Shown: piece after piece, positions 10,215 through 24,124 of the stretch | Numbering within the stretch: position 1 is the first letter of the stretch | Layout of the letters: every line of letters starts with the position of its first letter | Source: an uncultured delta proteobacterium | GTDB taxonomy: Bacteria; Desulfobacterota; RBG-13-43-22 | DNA length: 64,000 nucleotides | Direction: 5' to 3' | NCBI GenBank assembly: GCA_963711835.1 | Contig: CAVQFQ010000019.1 | Span: forward strand, 20,134 to 84,133 | Position numbers and translations under genes: made by a program | Notes under the pieces: model-generated | What the model was told of the DNA's origin: nothing | Databases searched by the model: none | What the model saw: only the letters and a program-made list of their open reading frames with translations

Positions 10215-11123
10215 TTAGCTGAGAAGGAACTGCCGGACAAAACGGGCCCACTTTTTACCCCGTAAATGGCCGGTAAAATCCTGGCCCGGCATACCCCCGT
10301 CCAGAGCGGTAGACCCTATTTCAGTTTGGATTTGGGAAACTAAGCGGTCTTTTTCATCCACAATCCATTGCTGGGCTTCCTGGCCGAACAGCAGGCTTTT
10401 AAGGTCGTTTTTAAGGGTCAGGGGCTCGACGATAAACAACCAGCCTTCCTCATAAGGTTCTTTATTCACCAGGTCCGGGTGTTTGGCAACCTGAGAATTG
10501 ATATGGGTAATGGTGCCTTCGATAGGGGCCAGGACCGGTACATCCTGTTTTTTTCGTTTGATCCCCAGGCTGGGGGAACCTTGTCCCACTTTCTGCCCCA
10601 CCTTCGGCAGAAGGACTTCCTCAACCTGGCCTACTAATCTCTGGGCAAAATCATCAATCCCTACCCGAACCCGGCCGCCGAATTCGGTCAAGGCCCAACT
10701 GTGGCCGCGATGATAAAAATAATTTTCCGGCTGCTCGAACCCGCCCACCAGAGGGATTTCCTTTAATCTGGGGGAGAGGGTAGGGGGCACCTGATCCTGC
10801 ATCATCTGATCAAAGGAGCATTCCCCGCAGAGAAAGGCATTGGGGCAAATTTTATAACTAATGGCTCCATTCAGCATATAACGGCATTTGCGTTGCGCGG
10901 CCGGCAGGGCCAGAAATTTTTTCATCCATTCCTGGGTCGGCGGTTTATTTTGTTTTACCTGGACCTTACCTGAGGCTTCATCCAGGGCCTTCTTGGCCAT
11001 CCCCTTATCAAAATTGCAGGTCATGCAATTGTAATTGTTGTTGCAGAGCTTATAGGAAACCACACCGGCATCCATCCAGATGCATTTATTTTCAGAAGCC
11101 ATAAAATTCAGTTTTTCTCCCAT
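10215..11123 (-). CDS. GcvH-like protein with two N-terminal Cys-rich repeats; lipoyl-lysine motif not evident
   Basis: 'YHRGHSWA..VRVGIDDFAQRLVG..LPKVG..LAPIEGTI..IN..P.LVN.EPYEEGWLF' preceded by two C-x2-M..C-x5-C-x2-C.FD repeats. Confidence 0.85.
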   Translation of the reverse strand: MGEKLNFMASENKCIWMDAGVVSYKLCNNNYNCMTCNFDKGMAKKALDEASGKVQVKQNKPPTQEWMKKFLALPAAQRKCRYMLNGAISYKICPNAFLCGECSFDQMMQDQVPPTLSPRLKEIPLVGGFEQPENYFYHRGHSWALTEFGGRVRVGIDDFAQRLVGQVEEVLLPKVGQKVGQGSPSLGIKRKKQDVPVLAPIEGTITHINSQVAKHPDLVNKEPYEEGWLFIVEPLTLKNDLKSLLFGQEAQQWIVDEKDRLVSQIQTEIGSTALDGGMPGQDFTGHLRGKKWARFVRQFLLS

Positions 11124-11162
11124 GGTGTCCTCCGGTAAAGGCGTTGTTTTTATGTTAATATA

Positions 11163-11178
11163 AGCAAGTTGAATGCCA
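11163..11178 (-). promoter_or_regulatory. Sigma54 -24/-12 promoter of the GcvH-like gene
   Basis: TGGCATTCAACTTGCT, near-consensus TGGCAC-N5-TTGCW, 40 nt upstream of the ATG. Confidence 0.8.
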
Positions 11179-11261
11179 GAAAAAGATAATATTTTAATTA
11201 CATGAATTTATTATAAAAAATAGAGGCAAAGCCATTCCTGTTTTTTTGGGGGATGGACGGC

Positions 11262-11368
11262 TGTTGATAATATTTACACAGGCAGTAGGGTAATTTAAGA
11301 TAACTGATTGATAATATGTAATTTATTAATATGATGAGATATTAAACAATATGTTTAAAAATTATACA
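11262..11368. promoter_or_regulatory. Two candidate enhancer (bEBP) sites, TGT-N11-ACA
   Basis: TGTTGATAATATTTACA (11262-11278) and TGTTTAAAAATTATACA (11352-11368) in an AT-rich region 85-190 nt upstream of the sigma54 promoter. Confidence 0.5.
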
Positions 11369-11474
11369 GCCATTTGACTCAAAAAACTCTCTTGACCTCT
11401 AAAGAAATCCATATATAAATAAAACCATCATGCCTTTAATGTCCGTATGGTGGGATGGATTAGGGAACTAGGGG

Positions 11475-12182
11475 GTGCTTATGAAATTCAGAGAGGCGTT
11501 GGTTTTGTCATTGGGAATGGTTGTGGCCGCTATGATCTTCGGTTTCTTTTTTTATGAAAGCCGGGACAGCGGTAAAACCGTTAAAATTGTGGGAACGGGG
11601 ACCAGGGGTTTTAATTCCGACATCATAAAGTGGCGCCTGGCCATAGGCCGCTATGCCTCGCCTACGGAAGTCACCAGCGGTTATGTCAAGGTAGCCAAAG
11701 ATGTCCAAGCCCTGTCTGAAGACCTGATAAAGAAGGGGCTGGCTAAAGAGGAAATGATCATCCAGTCCGTCCTTACCCAACCGAGCTACGGCAACAGCGG
11801 TAATGTTACCGGCTATACCATTCAGCAGGGCATAACCCTTACCTCCCGGGATATGTCCGCCGTTGAGAAGCTGGCTTTTAATCCGGGAGAAATAGTGCGG
11901 GAAAGCATGATCCTTCTGAATTCCAACGTGGAATATTATTTTTCAGACCTGGGCGGGATCAAGAAGGAATTGATTGCTGCTGCCGTTAAAGATGCCAGGG
12001 CCAGGGCCGAGGTGATTGCGAAGAATTCCGGAACCCGGATAAAAGGGATCCAGTCGGCCCGGGTTGGGGTTTTCCAAATTACCGAGCCCTATTCGGCTGA
12101 AGTCACCGATACCGGCATCTATAATGTGAACACCAAAAGGAAAGATGTTACGGTGACGGTTCATGCCGTCTTTAATTTATAA
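11475..12182 (+). CDS. SIMPL (DUF541) domain protein
   Basis: N-terminal TM helix, 'V.G.G..SD', 'A.KDARARAE.IA...G', 'GVFQIT', 'K.V.V.V...F'. Confidence 0.85.
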   Translation: MLMKFREALVLSLGMVVAAMIFGFFFYESRDSGKTVKIVGTGTRGFNSDIIKWRLAIGRYASPTEVTSGYVKVAKDVQALSEDLIKKGLAKEEMIIQSVLTQPSYGNSGNVTGYTIQQGITLTSRDMSAVEKLAFNPGEIVRESMILLNSNVEYYFSDLGGIKKELIAAAVKDARARAEVIAKNSGTRIKGIQSARVGVFQITEPYSAEVTDTGIYNVNTKRKDVTVTVHAVFNL

Positions 12183-12183
12183 A

Positions 12184-12927
12184 TCAGGTCCTCGGTTCGT
12201 TGCCCTTCGCCCGGCTTATTAAGGCTTGCTGAATCTGTTCCTGCATGGTCCTGATCAAGGCGGCCGGGTCTCCGGCCTGGCGGATGGGACGGCCCACAAC
12301 GACATGATCGGCACCGTCAAAAAAGGCCGAGTGGATATCCACTACCCTCTTTTGATCATCGACCGGACGATTTTTAACCGGCCGCACCCCGGGAATAACC
12401 ACGAAAAAACGGGATCCGAGTTCCCGTCTGAGCTTGAGGGCCTCCAGGCCGGATGAAACCACCCCGTCGCAGCCCAGCTCCAGCGCCCGCCGGGCCCGGG
12501 AGAGAACCAGCTCTTCGGGATTGCACTGGAACCCCAAAGAGTCCAGGTCGCCCTGGTCCAGGCTGGTCAGAACAGTCACCGCCAGTATTTTTACCTCCTT
12601 TTTGACCTGGGCTGCGGCTTTCAGGATGGCATCGTTGCCGTGGACGGTGGTGTAGGTGATCCCCCGGCCGGTGACTTGTTTGACCGCCGAAGAAACGGTC
12701 TGAGGGACATCAAAAAATTTCAAATCCAGCATGACCTCCAGGTCCCGGCGGATGATCCAATCAATAAGGTCCCAGCCCGCTCCCAAAAAAAGCTGCAAGC
12801 CCACTTTGAAAAATTTTATTCCTCCCTCCAACTTTTCCACCCACTCCCGGGCCTCGGAGGCGGTGGCCACATCTAGGGCGAAGATGATGCGCTTGTCTAA
12901 TGGTATTTTTTTTTCGGCGGTTTCCAT
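12184..12927 (-). CDS. pyrF: Orotidine-5'-phosphate decarboxylase
   Basis: IIFALDV, FKVGLQL, LDLKFFDVPQTV, AVTVLTSLD, PGVRP, DDQKR, VVGRPI. Confidence 0.95.
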   Translation of the reverse strand: METAEKKIPLDKRIIFALDVATASEAREWVEKLEGGIKFFKVGLQLFLGAGWDLIDWIIRRDLEVMLDLKFFDVPQTVSSAVKQVTGRGITYTTVHGNDAILKAAAQVKKEVKILAVTVLTSLDQGDLDSLGFQCNPEELVLSRARRALELGCDGVVSSGLEALKLRRELGSRFFVVIPGVRPVKNRPVDDQKRVVDIHSAFFDGADHVVVGRPIRQAGDPAALIRTMQEQIQQALISRAKGNEPRT

Positions 12928-13125
12928 GCGTTTTCCTTTTAGTATTTTCCGATATCAGGTGGTAGAGGCCGGGGTAGAAGTCTATCAAATGAAACCGGGA
13001 AAGTCGAATTTAAAAGGACCGGGGATATTTTCGACCTTTAGCAAGATCAGTATCTCTGCTATACTCAAACAATGGCCTACCGCCCCGATTTCAGGCCTGA
13101 AAAAGGAGAAGCAAGGGCGATCGTT

Positions 13126-16238
<3,113 letters not shown>

Positions 16239-16257
16239 GATAAGTTAAGCCAATTTT

Positions 16258-16554
16258 ATGGAGAGGGTGTCTGTGGATAAGATCTCGGCCAGGGTAATTA
16301 TTCAGGGCTGGGTACAGGGTGTTTACTTCCGGGCCTTTACCCGGGATCAGGCCATCGCGCTGGGTCTTTCCGGGTGGGTCAGGAACCGGAGGGACGGCAC
16401 GGTGGAGGCTTATTTTGAAGGGGAAGTCGGACAGGTAAAGAAATTGGTGGCTTGGTGTCACCAGGGGTCGCCCCGGGCCAGGGTGGAAAAGGTGGAGGTG
16501 ACCTTTGGGAATTACCAGGGCGGGTTTGATGGTTTTGAGGTTCGAACCGGTTGA
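16258..16554 (+). CDS. acyP: Acylphosphatase
   Basis: 'G.VQGVYFR', 'GWVRNRRDGTVE', 'GSPRARV'. Confidence 0.93.
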   Translation: MERVSVDKISARVIIQGWVQGVYFRAFTRDQAIALGLSGWVRNRRDGTVEAYFEGEVGQVKKLVAWCHQGSPRARVEKVEVTFGNYQGGFDGFEVRTG

Positions 16555-16721
16555 ATTCCAGCCCTCTTCCTCCTCCTTTGCCTTTAGCCTAATTGGGTGA
16601 CCCTGAAATTTACTTCCATCCCAATTTCAAATATTTACTTGACTTGAATTTTCATTTTTAGTATATAAAAGGTTTAAACCCCATTATTAACTTAATAATT
16701 TACTTGGTAGACAGATTTTAA

Positions 16722-18644
16722 GTGGAAGAAATTCATATACAATTTCCCGATAAGGCCTCTTTGACCTTCCCAAAGGGGATACCGGCTATTGAAGCCTTAA
16801 AGGTTTGGAGCCGAAAGCCCCTGAACGGCATGGTGGCCGCCCGTTTTGAGGGAAAGTTGATTGATTTGCCGGCAGAATTGATGCGAGACGGGGAATTAAG
16901 GCCCCTTTTTGACCAAGAGCCCGAGGCACTGGAAATTTTACGCCATTCCTCGGCTCATTTGATGGCCCAGGCGGTTAAGGAATTATTTCCGGAGGTTCAA
17001 ATAGCCATCGGTCCGGCTATTGAACAGGGATTTTATTATGATTTTGCCAAGAAGGAACCCTTTACGCCGGAGGACCTCCCCCGCATTGAAGAACGCATGG
17101 CCTCCCTGAGCCGGCAAAAGATACCGATGGTCCGGGAGGAGCTTCCCCATCAAAAAGCGATTGACCTTTTTGCCTCTCAAGGGGAGTCCTTTAAGGTCGC
17201 CTTATTACAGGATTTGAAGGACCCGACGGTTTCTCTGTACCGCCAGGGAAATTTTACCGACTTATGCCGGGGGCCGCACCTGGCCTCTACAGAGCCTATT
17301 CGTTTTTTTAAGCTGACCCAGGTGGCCGGGGCTTACTGGCGGGGTGATGAACGCAATCCCATGCTGCAACGGATTTACGGAACGGCTTTCTTTGAAAAGA
17401 AGGCCCTGGAAGATCATCTGCATCGTCTGGAAGAAGCTAGGCGCCGGGATCACCGCCGCCTGGGCAAGGACCTGGATCTTTTCAGTATTCATGATGAAGT
17501 GGGCCCCGGGCTGGTTATCTATCACCCCAAGGGGGCCTTGCTCCGAACCATCCTAGAGGATTTCGAGAAAAAGGAGCATTTGAAACGCGGCTATGAAATC
17601 GTCATAGGCCCTCAGCTTTTGCGGGCCGACCTTTGGAAAAAATCAGGCCACTACGAAAATTACCGCGAGCTCATGTACTTCACCGAGATCGACGGGCAAA
17701 GCTATGGAATCAAGCCCATGAATTGCCTGGCCCATATGATCATTTATAAATCGAAGATCCGCAGTTACCGGGACCTTCCCAAACGCTATTTCGAACTGGG
17801 AACAGTTCACCGACATGAAAAATCCGGGGTGCTCCATGGCCTGATGCGGGTTCGCCAGTTTACCCAGGATGATGCCCATATTATCTGCACCCCCGATCAG
17901 CTTCAGGATGAAATCCGGGGGGTCCTGGATTTTGTGGCCTATGTCATGAAGATTTTTGATTTCGCCTTTGAAGTGGAGATCAGCACCCGTCCGGCAAAAT
18001 CGATCGGAAGCGATGAGGACTGGGAAAGGGCCACTCAGGCCTTGAGCCAGGCTTTGGAGGCCAACGGCTTGTCTTTTTCCATCTCTGAAGGCGAGGGGGC
18101 CTTTTACGGACCCAAAATCGATATCAAGCTAAAGGATGCCCTGGATCGGCGCTGGCAGTGCGCCACTATCCAATGCGACTTTACCCTGCCGGAACGTTTT
18201 GATTTGCATTACATCGGACCGGATGGAGAGCGCCACCGGCCGGTCATGATCCATCGGGTCATTTTGGGGGCCTTGGAGCGGTTCTTGGGCGTTCTGATTG
18301 AACATTATGCCGGGGCTTTCCCTACCTGGCTGGCGCCGGTGCAGGCCATCGTCCTTTCCGTAACGGATCGGACACTGACCTACTGCCGGGGAGTCCACCA
18401 GGCCCTGATTCAGGCCGGGATCCGGGCCGATCTGGATATTCGAAATGAGAAGTTGGGGCTGAAGGTGCGGGAGGCCCAATTACAGAAAATTCCCTATATG
18501 ATCGTCATCGGGGACAAGGAAGAAGAACAGCAACGGATCAGTCCAAGAACGCGAACCGGGGAAAATCTGGGTTTATGGACCCTTCCTCAATTTATAGATC
18601 GGGTCCGGGAGGAATCCCTTCCGGGGAAACCTGCTGAACCGTAA
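16722..18644 (+). CDS. thrS: Threonine--tRNA ligase
   Basis: TGS domain, '[11 protein letters not shown]', 'DLCRGPH', 'KPMNC', 'GAFYGPKID'. Confidence 0.97.
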   Translation: MEEIHIQFPDKASLTFPKGIPAIEALKVWSRKPLNGMVAARFEGKLIDLPAELMRDGELRPLFDQEPEALEILRHSSAHLMAQAVKELFPEVQIAIGPAIEQGFYYDFAKKEPFTPEDLPRIEERMASLSRQKIPMVREELPHQKAIDLFASQGESFKVALLQDLKDPTVSLYRQGNFTDLCRGPHLASTEPIRFFKLTQVAGAYWRGDERNPMLQRIYGTAFFEKKALEDHLHRLEEARRRDHRRLGKDLDLFSIHDEVGPGLVIYHPKGALLRTILEDFEKKEHLKRGYEIVIGPQLLRADLWKKSGHYENYRELMYFTEIDGQSYGIKPMNCLAHMIIYKSKIRSYRDLPKRYFELGTVHRHEKSGVLHGLMRVRQFTQDDAHIICTPDQLQDEIRGVLDFVAYVMKIFDFAFEVEISTRPAKSIGSDEDWERATQALSQALEANGLSFSISEGEGAFYGPKIDIKLKDALDRRWQCATIQCDFTLPERFDLHYIGPDGERHRPVMIHRVILGALERFLGVLIEHYAGAFPTWLAPVQAIVLSVTDRTLTYCRGVHQALIQAGIRADLDIRNEKLGLKVREAQLQKIPYMIVIGDKEEEQQRISPRTRTGENLGLWTLPQFIDRVREESLPGKPAEP

Positions 18645-18690
18645 GGCCTTATTTTAATTTCCTTTGAGGGAACAATTCCATATTTAGGAG

Positions 18691-19206
18691 GTGGTGGGCA
18701 TAGCTAAATCGGTTAATGTGAATGAGGAGATCAGAGCCTCATCGGTCAGGGTCATTGCAGAAGACAGCCAGCAACTGGGGATCTTCACCGTGTCGCAGGC
18801 CCTGAACTTGGCCAGGGAAAAGGGACTGGATCTGGTTGAGGTGGCTCCACAACTGGATCCGCCGGTCTGTCGTATCATGGATTATGGAAAGTTCAGGTAT
18901 CAGCAAACCAAAAAAGTCCATGAAGGCAAAAAACGACGGACCATCATTCAGATCAAAGAAGTCAAGCTCCGACCTAAGACAGAGGAGCATGACTTTCAAT
19001 TCAAACTGCGAAACATAAGAAAATTTTTAGAGAAAAAAAACAAGACCAAAGTATCGCTGATGTTCCGGGGACGGGAGATCCAATATCACGAGACCGCCAG
19101 GGGCATTTTAAACCGCATTGCTGAAGAAACCAAAGATTTGGCCCTGGTGGAGCAGGCACCCAAGTTGGAGGGCCGGAATATGACCATGGTCTTGGGCCCC
19201 AAATAA
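18691..19206 (+). CDS. infC: Translation initiation factor IF-3 (start codon uncertain, possibly non-ATG)
   Basis: 'LDLVEVAP...PPVCRIMDYGKF', 'KEVKLRP', 'FRGRE'. Confidence 0.95.
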   Translation: MVGIAKSVNVNEEIRASSVRVIAEDSQQLGIFTVSQALNLAREKGLDLVEVAPQLDPPVCRIMDYGKFRYQQTKKVHEGKKRRTIIQIKEVKLRPKTEEHDFQFKLRNIRKFLEKKNKTKVSLMFRGREIQYHETARGILNRIAEETKDLALVEQAPKLEGRNMTMVLGPK

Positions 19207-19364
19207 ACCGCCAACCCAGAGTGTAAGGTGCGACATTTCAAATCCGGAGGGACAACGGTTTTGTCCCTGATCTGCTTTGGATCGGGAGATTCGAATTTTG
19301 GACGGCCATTATCCGATTTTCCGATTTCCGAATGGAGGAAGACGTATTCAAGGAGAGTGCTGTT

Positions 19365-19562
19365 ATGCCCAAAATGAAAACCAAGCGAGGGGCTGCCAAG
19401 CGGTTCAAGACCACAGGCAATGGAAAGATTATTCGATCCAAGGCCTTTGGCAGCCATATCCTGACCAGTAAAACGACCAAGAGAAAACGCAGCCTGAGAA
19501 AGTCCGCCGTGGTGGACCCGGCCAATGCCCGGGGCCTCAGGCGGATGATGCCCTACGGTTAA
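19365..19562 (+). CDS. rpmI: 50S ribosomal protein L35
   Basis: [18 protein letters not shown]; RBS AGGAG. Confidence 0.97.
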   Translation: MPKMKTKRGAAKRFKTTGNGKIIRSKAFGSHILTSKTTKRKRSLRKSAVVDPANARGLRRMMPYG

Positions 19563-19571
19563 GAATGCAAT

Positions 19572-19712
19572 TAGGTCTCATCCGGAAAAGGTGTTTCCAG
19601 GGGAGAGCTATCAGCGATCAGCAATAAATTTTAAAAAATGGGTTAAGCTGACTGCTATTTGCTGACGGCTGAACGCTCCATCCGGAAATCAGAGATTTCC
19701 GGATGGATACTA
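19572..19712. mobile_element. MITE-like element (family 3) between rpmI and rplT
   Basis: Imperfect TIRs TAGGTCTCATCCGGAAA / TTTCCGGATGGATACTA enclosing TCAGC/GCTGA heptamer repeats. Confidence 0.6.
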
Positions 19713-19733
19713 TAAGGATTGAGGTGAGTTAAG

Positions 19734-20090
19734 ATGCCAAGAGTAAAAAGGGGCTTCAAGGCCCGTCAACGAAGAAATAAGATCCTGAAATTAGCCAAAG
19801 GCTATCGGGGCGCCCGAAGCCGCCTGTTTAAGACAGCCACTGAAGCGGTGGATCGGTCCCTCAAATACGCCTACCGGGACCGGCGGGTTCGAAAAAGAGA
19901 GTTCCGCGGCTTATGGATTGTGCGCATCAGCGCGGCCGCCAAACAGAACGGCCTTTCCTACAGTCGCCTGATGGGAGCTTTTAATAAAGGCCAGATCGGT
20001 TTGGACCGAAAAGTACTGTCGGAAATGGCGGTCCGAGACCCGGAACGATTCAGCCAACTGGTCCGGCTGACCACCCAGCCTCAGGTTTGA
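19734..20090 (+). CDS. rplT: 50S ribosomal protein L20
   Basis: MPRVKRG..KLAKGYRG..YAYRDRR..FR.LWI.RI. Confidence 0.97.
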   Translation: MPRVKRGFKARQRRNKILKLAKGYRGARSRLFKTATEAVDRSLKYAYRDRRVRKREFRGLWIVRISAAAKQNGLSYSRLMGAFNKGQIGLDRKVLSEMAVRDPERFSQLVRLTTQPQV

Positions 20091-20138
20091 TTCCCCAAAA
20101 GGATCCCGGGTAAATAGAAATCCATCCCTAAAGCCGCG

Positions 20139-21146
20139 ATGTTATCTCTACTAAAATCCCTGGAAAGCCATGTTAGAGAAGAGCTGGAGAAAATCTCCTC
20201 CCTGAAAGAATTGGAGGCCTTGCAGGTCCAGGTCTTGGGGCGGAAGGGGAAGTTAACCGAATGGTTGAGGCAGTTGGGGAGCCTTGCTCCGGAAGAACGG
20301 CCGGCCGTAGGCCAGGAGGCCAATCGGATTAAGGGAATCCTGGAAGCCCTTTTTCAACAAACCAAGGCTTTGTTCGCCGTGCTCGATAAAAAGGCCCAAT
20401 CCGGATTTGATTGGACCCTGCCCGGCCGAAGGCATTTCAGGGGGAAACAACATCCTATAAGCCAGACCCTGGACGAAATTTGCCAAATCTTTTCCCGGCT
20501 TAACTTCGACCTGGTTGAAGGACCGGAGGTCGAATTGGATTATTACAATTTTGAAGCCTTGAATATCCCACCCGACCACCCGGCCCGTGATATGCAGGAC
20601 ACCTTTTATATAACCGATACCATCCTGCTGCGGACCCAGACTTCTCCCATGCAGATCCGGGTGATGGAGAAGGTCGCTCCCCCGCTCCGGGTCATCGCCC
20701 CGGGAAAGGTGTATCGACGGGATTCCGACATTTCCCACTCTCCCATGTTTCATCAGGTGGAGGGGTTCATGGTGGGCGATACGGTCAGCTTCGGAGATTT
20801 GAAAGGGGTTTTGAGTTACTTTGTCCACCAGATGTACGGGGAAAATACGCCACTGCGCTTCCGGCCTAGCTTCTTTCCTTTTACGGAACCCAGTGCCGAA
20901 GTGGATATCGGCTGCGTGATTTGCCGGGGCTCAGGCTGCCGGTTGTGCTCTCAAACAGGCTGGCTGGAAATCCTCGGAGCCGGAATGATTGATCCCGAAG
21001 TTTACCGGAGGGTCGGATACGATCCCGACCGGGTAACCGGTTTTGCCTTCGGCATGGGAGTAGAACGGATTGCCATGCTGCGCTACGGGATCGATGATAT
21101 CCGCCTTTTTTACGAAAATGATCAGCGGTTCTTAAAGCAATTCTAA
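20139..21146 (+). CDS. pheS: Phenylalanine--tRNA ligase alpha subunit
   Basis: '[11 protein letters not shown]', '[12 protein letters not shown]', '[13 protein letters not shown]'. Confidence 0.97.
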   Translation: MLSLLKSLESHVREELEKISSLKELEALQVQVLGRKGKLTEWLRQLGSLAPEERPAVGQEANRIKGILEALFQQTKALFAVLDKKAQSGFDWTLPGRRHFRGKQHPISQTLDEICQIFSRLNFDLVEGPEVELDYYNFEALNIPPDHPARDMQDTFYITDTILLRTQTSPMQIRVMEKVAPPLRVIAPGKVYRRDSDISHSPMFHQVEGFMVGDTVSFGDLKGVLSYFVHQMYGENTPLRFRPSFFPFTEPSAEVDIGCVICRGSGCRLCSQTGWLEILGAGMIDPEVYRRVGYDPDRVTGFAFGMGVERIAMLRYGIDDIRLFYENDQRFLKQF

Positions 21147-21154
21147 GTTAAAAA

Positions 21155-21246
21155 AGGGTCCAAAGGGCCGAGGATTCAAGGGTTCCAGTGAAAGGGCGGA
21201 TGGAAAAGGGGCTTGAGCCCCCGAACCCTTGAATCCGTGAACCCCG
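21155..21246. repeat. Palindromic cluster of 8-mer repeats (AGGRTYCR ... YGRAYCC)
   Basis: agggtcca/aggattca/agggttcc followed by cgaaccc/tgaatcc/tgaaccc; a similar cluster lies at 37357-37446. Confidence 0.6.
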
Positions 21247-21254
21247 AGTTTATT

Positions 21255-23669
21255 ATGAAAGTTACCATAAACTGGCTTAATGACTACGTGGATCTGACCG
21301 GCCTCTCCGTGGAGAAGATCGCCGAGGCCCTGACCATGGCCGGGCTGGAAGTGGAGGCCGTCCAGTCTATCGGCAAGGAACTGGCCGCTCTAATCGTCGG
21401 AGAGATCCGGGAGGTGGAAAAGCACCCGGAAGCCGATCGCCTCTCTCTCTGTAAGGTGTCCACCGGCCGGGAAATTCTGGAGGTCGTTTGCGGGGCCCCT
21501 AATGTCCGGCCCGGGGTTTTGATCCCGCTGGCTTTACCGGGGACGGTTTTGCCGGGAGGGATGGAAGTCAAAAAGGCCGTCATCCGAAATCGTCCCTCAG
21601 CCGGGATGCTTTGTTCTGAAAAGGAATTGGGATTATCGGAGGACCATTCCGGAATCATGATCCTCCCGGAGGGCTTGCCTCTGGGGCAACCCCTGAGTGG
21701 GGCTTTGGGGCTGGAAGATTGCCTCCTTGAAATCAACGTGACCCCCAACCGAGCCGACTGTCTATCTTTGATCGGCATCGCCCGGGAGCTCTCCGCTCTC
21801 TTTGACCGGCCTTTAAGGCTTCCCGCTCCGGCTGCCGGTCCGGAAGGGGAGGCTATCCGAGGGGAAACCTCGGTCACCCTTCTCGATCCCCAGTTTTGTC
21901 CCCGTTATGCGGCCCGTCTCGTCAAAGAGGTTACGATCGGCCCTGCCCCCTTTTGGTTGCGGCAGCGTTTGAATTCGATAGGTCTCCGAAGCATCAACAA
22001 TGTAGTGGATATCACCAATTTTGTCCTGATGGAATACGGGCAACCGCTTCATGCCTTTGACTGGGAGACCCTGGAGGAAAGGCGCATTGTGGTTCGGCGG
22101 GCCGAACCCGGGGAGAGCCTGGTGACGCTGGATGGAGTGAAAAGAGATCTTTCTACGGAGATGCTGGTCATCGCCGACGGCCGGAAAGGGGTGGCTCTGG
22201 CAGGAATCATGGGAGGACAGGAGACTGAAATTCAACCCCGGACCCGGTCCATCCTGATTGAGAGCGCTTTCTTTGAGCCGCGCACTATACGCAAAACAGC
22301 CAAAAGGCTTTCTCTATCCACCGAAGCTTCGGTTCGCTTCGAACGCGGAGTGGATATAGAGGGAGTCCTTCCGGCCCTTCATCGAGCCGCCCGGTTGATC
22401 CAGGAACTGGCCGGAGGGGAAGTGGTTGGAGGCTGGATTGATGCCTACCCCCAGCCTCAGGGTAGTCAAACCATTTACCTGGATCCGGTCAAAACCGGTC
22501 GATTTTTAGGGATTGAAGTTTCGGCCGGGGAGGTTCTCGAAATCAGCCGCAGGTTGGGGTTAAGCGCCGTCCTTGAGGGTGAAAATCGGATCAAGGTAAA
22601 TCCGCCCTCTTTTCGAAGGGATCTGACCAGACCGGTTGATCTGGTTGAGGAGATGGCCCGGCTCATCGGGTATGATAAAATTCCGGCTACTCTACCTGAA
22701 ATGACCTCGGTGGCCCAAAAGGAGCCTGAGCCTTTGCTCCTGCGGAGGCGGATAAAGGAAATCATGGCCGGCCGGTGCTTCGATGAAATTATCACCTACA
22801 GCTTTATTTCGGATAAGGCCTCTTCCCTCGTCCCAACCTCCCGGCCCGAGGCTGAGCCCTCCCTGGTGAGAATCAGCAACCCCATTTCGGAAGACCAAGC
22901 GGTCATGCGCAGCAGTCTGGTACCCGGCCTGCTGATGACCATGGCCAAAAACTGGTCCCAGCGGAACTTGAACCTGCGCCTTTTTGAAATAGGGAAGGTT
23001 TTTATCCCCCTGAATTCGAATTCCCTGCCCCTGGAAGTGACCCGTTTCTGCGCCCTTTGGACCGGAAGGCGGTTTCCGGAAATCCATCATTACCAGGATG
23101 CCGGGGTTGACTTTTATGATTTGAAAGGGGTGGTTGAAGAATTATCGGAAGCCTTAAGGATTCAGGATGTTTCCTTCCGGGCTGGGGACCCTCCCCTTTA
23201 TTTCAGGCCCGACCGTTATGTCCGGATCTTTTCCGATGAGGAGGCCTTGGGAGAGATGGGGGAAATATCGGTTCAGGCCCAAACCCACTTTGATCTGAAG
23301 GAGCCGGCTTTCCTCTTTGATTTGAACCTGGATCTTCTTCTGCCTAAAATAGGGGAAGGGGTTTTTTTTAGACCCTGGCCCAGGTTCCCCGAAGTGACCC
23401 GGGATATGGCTTTGATCCTCGACGATCAGGTGCTCTGGAGAGACATTCAAGAGGAAATCCGGTCTTTAAAGGAAGTCTTGATAGAGGACATCGAACTCTT
23501 TGATCTGTACTACGGCAAACCCATTCCGGAGGGGAAAAAAAATTTAGGAGTCCGGATCCATTACCGGTCTCTTGAAAAAACCCTTTCAGATGAGCAGGTC
23601 AATGCCGTTCATGAAAAAGTATTAAAACAGGTTCTTGAAAAATTTGGGGCAACCTTGCGGGAGAAATAG
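21255..23669 (+). CDS. pheT: Phenylalanine--tRNA ligase beta subunit
   Basis: 'VVCGAPN', 'TPNRADCLS', 'INNVVDITN', 'RFERGVD', FDX-ACB C-terminal domain. Confidence 0.97.
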   Translation: MKVTINWLNDYVDLTGLSVEKIAEALTMAGLEVEAVQSIGKELAALIVGEIREVEKHPEADRLSLCKVSTGREILEVVCGAPNVRPGVLIPLALPGTVLPGGMEVKKAVIRNRPSAGMLCSEKELGLSEDHSGIMILPEGLPLGQPLSGALGLEDCLLEINVTPNRADCLSLIGIARELSALFDRPLRLPAPAAGPEGEAIRGETSVTLLDPQFCPRYAARLVKEVTIGPAPFWLRQRLNSIGLRSINNVVDITNFVLMEYGQPLHAFDWETLEERRIVVRRAEPGESLVTLDGVKRDLSTEMLVIADGRKGVALAGIMGGQETEIQPRTRSILIESAFFEPRTIRKTAKRLSLSTEASVRFERGVDIEGVLPALHRAARLIQELAGGEVVGGWIDAYPQPQGSQTIYLDPVKTGRFLGIEVSAGEVLEISRRLGLSAVLEGENRIKVNPPSFRRDLTRPVDLVEEMARLIGYDKIPATLPEMTSVAQKEPEPLLLRRRIKEIMAGRCFDEIITYSFISDKASSLVPTSRPEAEPSLVRISNPISEDQAVMRSSLVPGLLMTMAKNWSQRNLNLRLFEIGKVFIPLNSNSLPLEVTRFCALWTGRRFPEIHHYQDAGVDFYDLKGVVEELSEALRIQDVSFRAGDPPLYFRPDRYVRIFSDEEALGEMGEISVQAQTHFDLKEPAFLFDLNLDLLLPKIGEGVFFRPWPRFPEVTRDMALILDDQVLWRDIQEEIRSLKEVLIEDIELFDLYYGKPIPEGKKNLGVRIHYRSLEKTLSDEQVNAVHEKVLKQVLEKFGATLREK

Positions 23670-23670
23670 T

Positions 23671-24045
23671 ATGAGTCCAGAGATCATTCCCAATAAGCAG
23701 TATTTTAAAATCGGGGAAGTGAGTACGCTCAGCCAACTGGAACCCTATGTCCTGCGCTACTGGGAGACCGAATTTAAGATGATTCGCCCGGTCCGTTTTG
23801 GTTCCAACCAGCGCATGTACCGCCGCAAGGACGTCGAAACCATCCTGGAAATAAAAAAGTTATTGTACCAGGAGGGGTTTACCATAGCCGGAGCCAGAAA
23901 GAAATTGCTCCAGGGCCATAAGGAGGAGAAAGGAAAGGAAAAGGTGAAAGAAAAAGAGATTGCGGCTAAGCCCGGAGATCTGGAATTGGTCTTAAAGGAA
24001 ATAAAAGAGGACCTGACCGAATTAGCCCATTTTCTAAATAAATAA
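23671..24045 (+). CDS. MerR-family regulator (pheT-linked type)
   Basis: '[13 protein letters not shown]....[12 protein letters not shown]', '[15 protein letters not shown]'. Confidence 0.9.
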   Translation: MSPEIIPNKQYFKIGEVSTLSQLEPYVLRYWETEFKMIRPVRFGSNQRMYRRKDVETILEIKKLLYQEGFTIAGARKKLLQGHKEEKGKEKVKEKEIAAKPGDLELVLKEIKEDLTELAHFLNK

Positions 24046-24124
24046 TTCCCGGTTGCCTTCTCCCCCCGGCCACGTCCATCTCGAACCTTTCCTGCCCCAA
24101 CCCTTTTTTTTAATCCTTTGGTGT

